A stretch of DNA of 46,872 nucleotides from Planctomycetales bacterium (GCA_037445915.1 JBBIJQ010000008.1:1-46872), one strand, 5' to 3'. Shown: positions 35,032 to 43,099, counted from the first letter of the stretch. The notes: a model not told the origin generated them from the sequence alone. A program made the numbers and translations.

Positions 35032-38000
35032 TTACAGCACACGAAATCTTTCCTCGCCGACTTCGCGGAGGCTGCGCTTGTAGCGCTCGCATTCCGTCAT
35101 CGCCGGCGCGATGGGCGTTGGCGCGGTCTTCACGTCCGCGACTTGCAGCTTTCCTTTGCCGTCCCAGGAATGCGGCTCGCCCTCATTCCAGTAGAACGCA
35201 AAGCGCTCGCCTGTATTGTCCCGCACGAGCAGCCTCAGCTCCGATGTGGCTTCGGCAAGCGTGCCGGGAACGCGCAGCCCCAACGCAGCCGCAAGCCTTG
35301 CCAGCACTTCCCATCCTTGCACGCCCGAAGGCGGGTTTACGGCTTTGGTGAATCGGGCCGAGCGCCCCTCATAGTTGAAGCGCGTGCCTTCCGACTCCAG
35401 GTATGTCGTTCCGGGCAAGGCGATATCGGCAAGCAGCGCCGTTTCCGTCTGCGCCCAATCCATTGCAACAGTAAACTCAACATTGGCGAAGTACGAGGAG
35501 AAGCGGTCGCTCTGCATCGGGTCTTCGCCTATGATGAGCGCAGCCTTAACGCATCCGCTGGTGAGCTTATACATAAGCTCGCTGCGGCTGTGCGCGCCGG
35601 GTAGCCCAGGCGCGCCTTTGCGCCCGGGCGCGAAGCGCGGGTCTGCGCCCGAAAGCTCAATGCCCGCCCCGTTAGCAGTCTGGTGCGGCAACAGGATATC
35701 AGCCTGAACGCCCGCTGCGCCAAGCAGAATGGCCAGGTTGGCAAGCGTAACCATCCCTCCGGGCGACTGGTCCTGCGGGCGGTCAGGGCTATGCACGATG
35801 GCGACGCGCTTTGCCGCCCGGATGAGATCGGTGGCGGCGGTTATCTCCTTCTCGTTAACTCCGGTTACGGCAGCAGTTGCCTGCAAGCCATAGTCGCGCA
35901 TGTCGGCAAGGAACTCCGTGCCGCCTGGTAGTTTCTTCACAGCGCCATGGCTGATGAAGCCGCTGTCCAGCATCGCCTGCAAGACGCCGTTCCAGAGCAG
36001 CCCAGAGCGTCCGCGCATCGGGTCAAGCGTTACCGCGGCGAGAGCTTCAAGCGCGTCGCGGCTGGAGCTGCAAGTGATAAGCTTCGCGCCTCGCCTAACC
36101 GCTTCCATTATCTCTACGCCAAGGATGAGCTGATCGGATACTGTATCGGTATTGTCGCAGATTATTAGGTCAGCGAGCTTTACAGCGCGGCTGCCGGCGG
36201 TTGATGCGGTGAAACCCAGCGATGCGTCAAGAACGCCGCTTTCAACGCCGCTAGCCAGCATTGCCAGCGAGCCAATGTTCGCGGTGCCCAGCCCTTCGCG
36301 GGCGATGCGCGCGGCAAGGAACATCTCTTCGGCGGTTAGCTCCGGCGAGGCGAATACGGCGACTGCGTCCGCACCGTGCTTCTCAGCGGCCTTCTTGAGG
36401 AAGCGTGCGGCCTTTTCAATCCCTTCTGCGGCCTCAAGCTTCAGGTGCGTCCCGCCTGAACGTTGCATTGCCTTTTCAAGCCTTTGCTGCTTGAGGAATA
36501 GTTCAATGCCAAAGCGCCCGTAACGGCAAAGGTACTCGCCCGGCGCGCCTGATGACGAAACCCAGTAACATCCTTCGCCCAGCGTGTGCAGCGTCATCGT
36601 GCACCCCACCGAGCATAGCCCGCAGCTTGTCTTCGCAAGGTCGGCGAGCAGCGGTGAGCGCCCGGGGAACGGGTATTTGTCGGTGAGAGCGCCGGTAGGG
36701 CAGCTGTCAATGCAGTTCCCGCAGCTGATGCAGTTCGTCTGCGCGAGAGAGTCATTCATCGCCGGGCGCATCTCAGTCCTGAATCCGCGCCCAACCAAGC
36801 CGATCGCGGAAATTGGCAAAACGATAGCGCAGGTTCTTATGCAGCGCGTGCAGAGGATGCACTTGTTCGGGTCGTAGGAAACGTGCGGGTGGCGGTTGTC
36901 CACGCGGTGCTTGCGCACGTATCCCGCAAACCGCGTCATGTCCACGCCGTACTCGTCGGAGTACAGCCGCAGCGGGCAGTCATAATACCGCACGCAGCCG
37001 CAAGAAAGGCATCGGTCGCACTCGTGCGCTACGTCTTCGTGCTCGTAGCCAAGCGAGACTTCTTTGAAGCTGCCTTCGCGCTCTACAACAGGGATTTCGT
37101 GGATTTCATGGCGCGGGCTTTCCTTCACATCGCCGATATCAGCCTGGCCGGGCTTGCCCCAGAAGTCCTTGCGTACTATAAATGGCTCATGGGGCATCTG
37201 CTCGCCGCTCAGGTAGCTGTGGATAGCGTAAGCGGCGCGCTGGCCGTCACGGACAGCATCAATCACAACCGTAGGGCCGTCGTCCGCAGCGTCGCCGCCG
37301 GAGAACACGCCGTCAATGCTGGTCTTCATCGTGTTGTTGTCCACGACGATGGTTTTCCAGCGGGTAATCGCGGGTAAATCTTCGCCTCCCGCGATTCCAT
37401 CCAGCACCGGCTCCTGCCCGATTGCGGAGACTGCGATATCGCAAGGCAGCTCAAATTCCGAGCCTTCAATGGGAACAGGCCGCCTGCGCCCGGACGCGTC
37501 CGGCTCGCCGAGCTTCATCAGGATGCAGCGCAGTGCTTTGAGCTTCCCGTTCTCGCTGACAATGCCCACCGGCGCCGCAAGCTCAAGTATCTTTATGCCT
37601 TCTTTGAGGCAGTCTTCAATCTCCATTTTGTCGGCGGGCATCTCCGCCTTGGTGCGGCGGTAGAGGATGATGACCTTCTCCGCGCCCAATCGCCAGGATG
37701 TGCGCGCCACATCCATCGCGGTATTGCCGCCGCCTACGACTACAATGGTGCCTGCTAGCGGAGTGTGGTCTTCAGTCTTCTCGCGCAGGAACTCCGCGCC
37801 GCGCGTGATGCCTTCGGTCTCGTTCTCGCCCTCAACCATCATCTCTTTCCCGGCCATCGCGCCTACGGCGATGAACACGGCGCTATGCCGCTTGCGTAGC
37901 TCTTCCAGGCTCACGTCCTTGCCCACGCGCACGCCAAGCTCAATGCGCACGCCTGCGCGAAGGATGTATTCAACTTCACGGTCAAGCACGTCATCGGGCA

Positions 38001-38718
38001 GTCGGTAGGTTGGGATGCCATATCGCAGCATTCCGCCGGTGCGGGGGAGGGCTTCGTAAATCACCGGGTCGTAGCCCATCTTGCCGAGGAACCAGGCCGC
38101 AGTCAGCCCGGCAGGGCCGCTTCCGATTATTCCTACGCTTTTCCCGCGAGAAGGCTGGCGCTCCACTAAGCCGTCGTATGCGCCGGGGAAGTCGGTAACG
38201 TAACGCTTGATGTTATTGATGCCCACAGGCTCGTCAACTTCCACCCGCTGGCAGACGACTTCGCACTTGCGCACGCAAACGCGGCCGCATATGGCAGGCA
38301 AGGGGTTTGTCTCGCGCACAAGGTCAGCGGCTTCGCGGTATAGCCCCATCGCAGCTAATGCGATATAGCCCTGCGCGTCCACGCCTGCAGGGCATCCCAG
38401 CTTGCACGGCGATAGGCAGTCCGCGTAGTGGTTGGAGAGCAGCAGCTCAAGAGCTGTTTTGCGGGAGGTCTTCACGCGCTCGTTATGCGTCTCAATCTTC
38501 ATTCCCTGCGCGATGCGGGTTGCGCACGCTGGCACGAGGTTGGGCCGCCCGGCCACTTCTACGACGCAAAGGAAGCACGAGCCGTAAGGCTTCAGCTCCG
38601 GCGAATGGCACAACGTGGGGATGTCGGCGAGCTTATGCTCCTGAACGGCCTGGAGTATCGTCTTGCCGGCGGGGGCGCTTATCTCCTGGCCGTTTATCTC
38701 AATGGTTACAGTATCCAT
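35032..38718 (-). CDS. 1228-aa triple fusion: 2Fe-2S ferredoxin, GltD/NfnB-like FAD/NAD(P)H module, then NuoG/FdhA-like Fe-S and molybdopterin-fold domain without an active-site Cys/Sec
   Basis: CHSPELKPYGSCFLCVVEV (2Fe-2S). GltD clusters CLSPCKLGCPAG...ICGRVCVRKCEVVC with VGIIGSGPAGLTAAWFL and IVVVGGGNTAMDVA. HECDRCLSCGC, CILCTRCIRTC and CISCGNCIDSCP, then the Molybdop_Fe4S4-like CGLCSVGC...LCRYGRFG. The C-terminal roughly 520 aa have a NuoG-like ending (...AVNPPSGVQGWEVLARLAAALG). Confidence 0.85.
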   Translation of the reverse strand: MDTVTIEINGQEISAPAGKTILQAVQEHKLADIPTLCHSPELKPYGSCFLCVVEVAGRPNLVPACATRIAQGMKIETHNERVKTSRKTALELLLSNHYADCLSPCKLGCPAGVDAQGYIALAAMGLYREAADLVRETNPLPAICGRVCVRKCEVVCQRVEVDEPVGINNIKRYVTDFPGAYDGLVERQPSRGKSVGIIGSGPAGLTAAWFLGKMGYDPVIYEALPRTGGMLRYGIPTYRLPDDVLDREVEYILRAGVRIELGVRVGKDVSLEELRKRHSAVFIAVGAMAGKEMMVEGENETEGITRGAEFLREKTEDHTPLAGTIVVVGGGNTAMDVARTSWRLGAEKVIILYRRTKAEMPADKMEIEDCLKEGIKILELAAPVGIVSENGKLKALRCILMKLGEPDASGRRRPVPIEGSEFELPCDIAVSAIGQEPVLDGIAGGEDLPAITRWKTIVVDNNTMKTSIDGVFSGGDAADDGPTVVIDAVRDGQRAAYAIHSYLSGEQMPHEPFIVRKDFWGKPGQADIGDVKESPRHEIHEIPVVEREGSFKEVSLGYEHEDVAHECDRCLSCGCVRYYDCPLRLYSDEYGVDMTRFAGYVRKHRVDNRHPHVSYDPNKCILCTRCIRTCAIVLPISAIGLVGRGFRTEMRPAMNDSLAQTNCISCGNCIDSCPTGALTDKYPFPGRSPLLADLAKTSCGLCSVGCTMTLHTLGEGCYWVSSSGAPGEYLCRYGRFGIELFLKQQRLEKAMQRSGGTHLKLEAAEGIEKAARFLKKAAEKHGADAVAVFASPELTAEEMFLAARIAREGLGTANIGSLAMLASGVESGVLDASLGFTASTAGSRAVKLADLIICDNTDTVSDQLILGVEIMEAVRRGAKLITCSSSRDALEALAAVTLDPMRGRSGLLWNGVLQAMLDSGFISHGAVKKLPGGTEFLADMRDYGLQATAAVTGVNEKEITAATDLIRAAKRVAIVHSPDRPQDQSPGGMVTLANLAILLGAAGVQADILLPHQTANGAGIELSGADPRFAPGRKGAPGLPGAHSRSELMYKLTSGCVKAALIIGEDPMQSDRFSSYFANVEFTVAMDWAQTETALLADIALPGTTYLESEGTRFNYEGRSARFTKAVNPPSGVQGWEVLARLAAALGLRVPGTLAEATSELRLLVRDNTGERFAFYWNEGEPHSWDGKGKLQVADVKTAPTPIAPAMTECERYKRSLREVGEERFRVL

Positions 38719-38727
38719 CAGTATTCC

Positions 38728-40500
38728 TTAGCCTTTGAAAACCGCGTCAAAGTTGCAGCACGTGATGCACTTGCCGCACTTTGCGCAGAGAGCCATGTCA
38801 ATAGTGTGGAGTTCTTTCGCCTTGCCTGCGATGGCGTCCACCGGGCAGTTCTTCGCACAGATGGTGCAGCCGGTGCACTTCTCCGGGTCAATGAAGTAGC
38901 TCACGAGAGTGGCGCAGCTCTTCGCGGGGCACTTGCGCTCGTTAATGTGCGCTTCGTATTCGTCTAGGTAGTAGCGCACCGTTGTAAGCACCGGGTTGGG
39001 CGCGGTCTGGCCAAGCCCGCACAGACTCGCTTCCTTGATCTGCTCCGCGAGCAGCTTGAGCTTCGGGATATCCTCCGGCGTGCCCTCGCCGCGCGTGATG
39101 CGCTCCAACACTTCAAGCATGCGCAGCGTCCCGATGCGGCAGAATGTGCACTTTCCGCAGGATTCGTCTTGCGTGAAGTTGAGGAAGAAACGCGCGATCT
39201 CCACCATGCACGTCGTGTCGTCCATAACGACCATGCCGCCGCTTCCCATAATCGCGCCGGTCGCGGGGATGTTTTCAAAATCAACCGGTGTGTCGCCTAG
39301 CGCGGCGGGGATGCAGCCGCCGGACGGACCTCCCATCTGCACGGCCTTGAACTTGCGGCCTTTGGAGATGCCGCCGCCGATTTTAAAGACGAGGTCATTG
39401 ATGGTCATCCCCATCGGCACTTCTGCAAGGCCGCCGTGCTCCACCTGACCGGCCAGGGCGAAGACTTTGGTGCCGGGGGATTTCTCGGTGCCAAAGGAGG
39501 TGAACGCCTTCGCGCCGTTCACGAGTATCCACGGAATGTTGGCGTAGGTCTCAACGTTGTTGTTGTTCGTCGGCTTCTGCCACAAGCCTTTCTCGGCCGG
39601 AAACGGCGGGCGAATGCGGGGCATCCCGCGCTCGCCTTCAATGGAGGCAAACAGCGCAGTTTCCTCTCCGCACACGAATGCGCCTGCACCCTGCTTGATC
39701 TTCACGTCAAAGGCGAAGCCTGAGCCCATTATGTCCTTGCCGAGATAACCTTTCTCGCGTGCCGCGATAATTGCGATGTTCAGGCGCTTGATGGCGAGCG
39801 GGTATTCCGCGCGGCAGTATATGTAGCCGTAAGTCGCGCCGATTGCGCGCGCGCAGATTATCATGCCCTCAAGGACCGAATGCGGGTCGCCTTCCAGCAC
39901 CGAGCGGTCCATAAACGCGCCCGGGTCGCCTTCGTCAGCGTTGCACACGACATATTTCTCGTCGCTGGGATAGCCCGCCGCGAATGACCATTTCATCCCC
40001 GTGGGGAATCCCGCGCCGCCGCGCCCGCGCAGCCCTGAAGCCTTCACCTCGCCGATGATTTCCTCGGGCTTCATTTCAAAGAGCGCTTTGCGCAGCGCAT
40101 CGTATCCGCCAGCGGCCTCGTATTCATCAACCGACTCAGGGTCAATGACGCCGCAGTTGCGCAACACGATGCGGTTTTGCAGCGCGAGGAAGCCCGCCTC
40201 CACGCCGCTGCATTCGCCCTTGCCGTCCTCGCGGTAAACGATGTAGCCGGGGATGGCTTCGCCGCCGATGAAATGCTTCTTATAGATTTCCTCGGCGCGC
40301 TCCGGCGTGACGTCGCCGTAGAGGATGCGCGCCCCGTTCTCGCGCACTTCCACCAGCGGCTCGCGGTAGCACATGCCGATGCAGCCGGTAATGGCAGGCT
40401 CGCTGCCGCTTCCTGCGGCGAGTTCCTTTAGTTTTTCAAATGTGTCTCGGGCTCCTGCGGAAAGCCCGCAGGTGCCCATTCCAACGAGTATCTTACGCAT
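38728..40500 (-). CDS. NuoF/HydB-like NADH-FMN subunit with an N-terminal Trx-like 2Fe-2S and a C-terminal 2x[4Fe-4S] domain
   Basis: GMGTCGLSAG...GCIGMCYREP, GLRGRGGAGFPTGMKW, CNADEGDPGAFMDR, ESCGKCTFCR...CGLGQT, CTGCTICAKNCP and CAKCGKCITCC. I prefer the ATG at 40500, after GGAG, over the TTG at 40503. Confidence 0.9.
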   Translation of the reverse strand: MRKILVGMGTCGLSAGARDTFEKLKELAAGSGSEPAITGCIGMCYREPLVEVRENGARILYGDVTPERAEEIYKKHFIGGEAIPGYIVYREDGKGECSGVEAGFLALQNRIVLRNCGVIDPESVDEYEAAGGYDALRKALFEMKPEEIIGEVKASGLRGRGGAGFPTGMKWSFAAGYPSDEKYVVCNADEGDPGAFMDRSVLEGDPHSVLEGMIICARAIGATYGYIYCRAEYPLAIKRLNIAIIAAREKGYLGKDIMGSGFAFDVKIKQGAGAFVCGEETALFASIEGERGMPRIRPPFPAEKGLWQKPTNNNNVETYANIPWILVNGAKAFTSFGTEKSPGTKVFALAGQVEHGGLAEVPMGMTINDLVFKIGGGISKGRKFKAVQMGGPSGGCIPAALGDTPVDFENIPATGAIMGSGGMVVMDDTTCMVEIARFFLNFTQDESCGKCTFCRIGTLRMLEVLERITRGEGTPEDIPKLKLLAEQIKEASLCGLGQTAPNPVLTTVRYYLDEYEAHINERKCPAKSCATLVSYFIDPEKCTGCTICAKNCPVDAIAGKAKELHTIDMALCAKCGKCITCCNFDAVFKG

Positions 40501-40544
40501 CAATCATCTCCGAAGAAGAGTAGGAGCGCATCATTGCGCAGGCG

Positions 40545-41039
40545 CTAGCCCGCGACCCCCGCTTCCGTGGGCTTCTTTGCCTTGCGGCGCACCCCGCGCA
40601 GAATCTTGCGCACCGCCGCGGGCGACAGCTTCCCATGCGTGTCTTCGTCAATCATTATCACCGGCGAAAGCGAGCAGCAGCCGATGCAGGCGACGGTGAA
40701 CAGCGTGAACAGCCCGTCTTCGCTTGTGCCTCCGACTTCAATCGCCAGCTCGTCTTGGATGGTTTCCACGATGAGCCGCGCACCGTTGACATGGCATGCA
40801 GTCCCGACGCAGGCGCGGATAACGTGCTTACCCATCGGCTGGAGGCGGAATTGGCTGTAGAATGTGATAACGCCGTAAACGGCGGATTCGGGTATGTTCG
40901 TCACCGCCGAGATATATTTGATGGCACGGCGTGGAATGTATCCGAAGTAGTTCTGCGCCGACTGGAGCAACGGTATCAGCTCGCCGGGAGCGCCGTCGTA
41001 GCGCCAGAGCCTGTAGTTGAAATCAGGTTCGTTCGTCAT
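40545..41039 (-). CDS. NuoE/HydC-like 2Fe-2S subunit
   Basis: LIPLLQSAQNYFGYIP...VITFYSQFRLQPMGKHVIRACVGTACHVNG...VACIGCCSLSPV carries the four conserved Cys. Confidence 0.9.
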   Translation of the reverse strand: MTNEPDFNYRLWRYDGAPGELIPLLQSAQNYFGYIPRRAIKYISAVTNIPESAVYGVITFYSQFRLQPMGKHVIRACVGTACHVNGARLIVETIQDELAIEVGGTSEDGLFTLFTVACIGCCSLSPVIMIDEDTHGKLSPAAVRKILRGVRRKAKKPTEAGVAG

Positions 41040-41105
41040 CGGCTTGTCTCCGAGTAGCGTTGCCCGTTCTCGGGCGGCATTACTCCATTACTCCCACGGT
41101 TAGCG

Positions 41106-42098
41106 TTAAGCATCCATCAACCGGATAATCTTTGCCTCGCGCACCCGCAACACGCCGTCAATCTTGTTGAGCTTTTCAATGACGCGGGGCATCTTGCCGA
41201 CTGCGCCGCTCTCGGTAATCATCCCGACCAGCTTGGCGCCGTCGTCAATGACGTCGCAGAAGATGACCTCGTCCACAAAAAACACGGTCGTGAATATCTG
41301 CTGTATCGCGCTCTTGTCAATGTCAACGATGATGTAGCTCGTCGTGCCGATGCTTTCCTTCATCAGCTTGGGCGACGGGCCGCGCACTGTGCGCTGGTAG
41401 ATGTCAATGAAGTCCTTCACGTCGCGGTCTAGCTTCGGGCGCTCAACCGGCGACATGGAAACGACCTCAATCCCCTTTATCATGCGCACTTCGTTAAACA
41501 GCTTGTTGATGTGCTCCTGCGAAGCCGCTTGCGCAAGGATGATGATGTCAACGTCGCCTCGCACGGCGTCGCACTGCACTATGCCGTCAAGGTGGAAGAG
41601 CTTGTTGTAAATCTCAAGGCTCTGGTCGGGGTCGGTCACGCGGATGGTCATGTAAGCCGTTACCGACTCGCGCATGGCTGGCTCGCCGGGCGCATCGGGT
41701 GTCGTGGGGCTAAGAGTGCTCGATCCTTCGGCAAGCTCGTTTAACGCGGCGACAAGCTCCGGTATCTCAAATGGCTTGTCCAGGTATCCGGTGTTATGCT
41801 CGCCGAGCGCGGTGGTCTTCAGGAACTCGTCGCCGAAGCCCGTGATGACTAAGACCGGCAGGTCGGGGAACTCGCTCTTGATGACCTTAAGTATCTTGAG
41901 GCCGTCAATGTCGGGCATGAAAATGTCGGTGATGAGGTAGTCGTAGCCGAGGCCCTTGGCGCGCGCGGCGCTCAGCTCGTGGATAGCTGAAAGCCCGTCC
42001 GGGCAGGCAGTGCAGGTGTAGCCCTCCTGGGTCAGGCCGAAAGTAAGATTGCGGCGTATCTCAGGCTCGTCGTCAATGATAAGAACCCTCTTGCTCAA
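41106..42098 (-). CDS. response regulator receiver fused to two Lrp/AsnC-type ligand-binding (RAM) domains, with no DNA-binding domain seen
   Basis: REC: KRVLIIDDEPEIR...YLITDIFMPDIDGL...DKP. Then two AsnC_trans_reg-like repeats, AYMTIRV...LDGIVQCDAVRGDVDIIIL...IKGIEVVS and SYIIVDI...VDEVIFCDVIDDGAKLVGMI...IDGVLRVRE. TTG start 6 nt after AAGGAGG. Confidence 0.75.
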   Translation of the reverse strand: MSKRVLIIDDEPEIRRNLTFGLTQEGYTCTACPDGLSAIHELSAARAKGLGYDYLITDIFMPDIDGLKILKVIKSEFPDLPVLVITGFGDEFLKTTALGEHNTGYLDKPFEIPELVAALNELAEGSSTLSPTTPDAPGEPAMRESVTAYMTIRVTDPDQSLEIYNKLFHLDGIVQCDAVRGDVDIIILAQAASQEHINKLFNEVRMIKGIEVVSMSPVERPKLDRDVKDFIDIYQRTVRGPSPKLMKESIGTTSYIIVDIDKSAIQQIFTTVFFVDEVIFCDVIDDGAKLVGMITESGAVGKMPRVIEKLNKIDGVLRVREAKIIRLMDA

Positions 42099-42204
42099 CG
42101 CAGGCCTCCTTGTAACGGTTGCGTTTCGTTAAAGAACTCAGGTATTGGCGCATGGCGGTTTCAGCGCGCGATTGCGCGTAATTCGTGAATGGAAACACAA
42201 GCCG

Positions 42205-42232
42205 ATTCTACCACAGCCCTGATTAGCGTCAA
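42205..42232 (-). promoter_or_regulatory. sigma-70-type promoter TTGACG-16-TAGAAT for the upper redox operon
   Basis: On the minus strand, TTGACG (42232-42227), a 16-nt spacer and TAGAAT (42210-42205), about 100 nt upstream of the REC-RAM gene. Confidence 0.5.
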
Positions 42233-42296
42233 GCTTCGCGCGTGCTAGAATGGCAGTCAGGTTTCGGCTTAACCCTGCGCCGTTCCCGCCTTGTTT

Positions 42297-42369
42297 GCGC
42301 CCGTAGCTTAACGGATAGAGCAGCGGACTTCGGATCCGCCGGTTGGGGGTTCGAATCCCTCCGGGCGCG
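42297..42369 (+). tRNA. tRNA-Arg (anticodon UCG)
   Basis: Hand-folded cloverleaf. Acceptor GCGCCCG pairs with CGGGCGC. D-arm is GCTT-AACGGATA-GAGC. Anticodon stem GCGGA/TCCGC carries loop CT-TCG-GA. There is a 5-nt variable loop, and the T-arm is GGGGG-TTCGAAT-CCCTC. Discriminator G, and CCA is not encoded. Confidence 0.9.
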
Positions 42370-42386
42370 AGCTTCTTCTGGATAGT

Positions 42387-42435
42387 GGCACATGCGTCCC
42401 GCTTGTGTTATAAGCGCGCTGGCACACGCCAGCGC
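42387..42435 (-). repeat. REP unit, copy 2 (inverted orientation), on the 3-prime side of the RAYT gene
   Basis: GGCACATGCGTCCCGCTTGTG (42387-42407) is the reverse complement of the copy-1 core. An 8-bp hairpin, GCGCTGGC-acac-GCCAGCGC, is at 42416-42435. Confidence 0.8.
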
Positions 42436-42468
42436 TACCTCAATTCCTGTCGGGTTCTGGATATGGTC

Positions 42469-43011
42469 TTATCTTGGTGGCACGGGCGTCTCGCCTGTGC
42501 GTGTAGTTGTTATTCCTTTAACCCACAGGAATGGGTATTCTTTCGCTTCAGGCCACCGTTCTTGGGGATTGTTGTAGATATAGACTATCTTTTCATTCAG
42601 CTCGTCTTCATCCCTGATTATCCGGTCGTAGGACTCATCCATCCATACCGGCCCCTTTCGGTTCATGCGCTTGTTTATCTCATGCGCCGTGAAAGACTTC
42701 CAGCTATGAACTAGCTTGTGCAGCGGCCAATCAGGATACGGTTTCAAGACGGCATGGACGTGGTCGTCCATCACTACGCAAGCAATAAGGTCGTATCGTT
42801 CTCCATTAAAATGCAGGAACGCATTGAAGGATATCTCCCTTGCGTCATCGGGAAGCGGAGCTATTGAATCGTGCGCCCGCCAAATGACAAAGTAGGTGGA
42901 CTCGTCCAGCCGGAAATGCGGCAGGTTTCTGCGGTATCGCGTGAATTCCCTTACCATGTTCAAACTTGAGGAGTATAGGATAAAGCAGCGCGTAATTGAA
43001 CCGGTTTCCAA
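42469..43011 (-). CDS. REP-associated tyrosine transposase (RAYT; IS200/IS605-like Y1 HUH transposase)
   Basis: HUH motif VMDDHVHAVL, catalytic-Tyr helix ...EKIVYIYNNP, and N-terminal RRNLPHF. The size fits Y1_Tnp. The start is uncertain, either TTG at 43011 or ATG at 42957. Confidence 0.85.
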   Translation of the reverse strand: METGSITRCFILYSSSLNMVREFTRYRRNLPHFRLDESTYFVIWRAHDSIAPLPDDAREISFNAFLHFNGERYDLIACVVMDDHVHAVLKPYPDWPLHKLVHSWKSFTAHEINKRMNRKGPVWMDESYDRIIRDEDELNEKIVYIYNNPQERWPEAKEYPFLWVKGITTTRTGETPVPPR

Positions 43012-43019
43012 TCAGTAGT

Positions 43020-43070
43020 AGCGCAGCCTGATGGCTGCGCTCTTAACGCACAAGCGAGACGCATGTGCCA
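43020..43070 (+). repeat. REP unit, copy 3, on the 5-prime side of the RAYT gene
   Basis: A 9-bp hairpin AGCGCAGCC-tgat-GGCTGCGCT (43020-43041), then CTTAACG, then CACAAGCGAGACGCATGTGCCA (43049-43070). The core differs from copies 1 and 2 at one position. Confidence 0.8.
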
Positions 43071-43099
43071 CCAAGACCAGCCCGGCTCTGGTTCTGGAA

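Noticed and set aside
35032-36610. Calling the C-terminal molybdopterin-fold domain of the 1228-aa protein a formate dehydrogenase
   Set aside because: There is no Cys/Sec-His active-site pair at the expected position, no in-frame TGA, no obvious Molydop_binding C-terminal barrel, and a NuoG-like ending. A vestigial non-catalytic domain is more likely.
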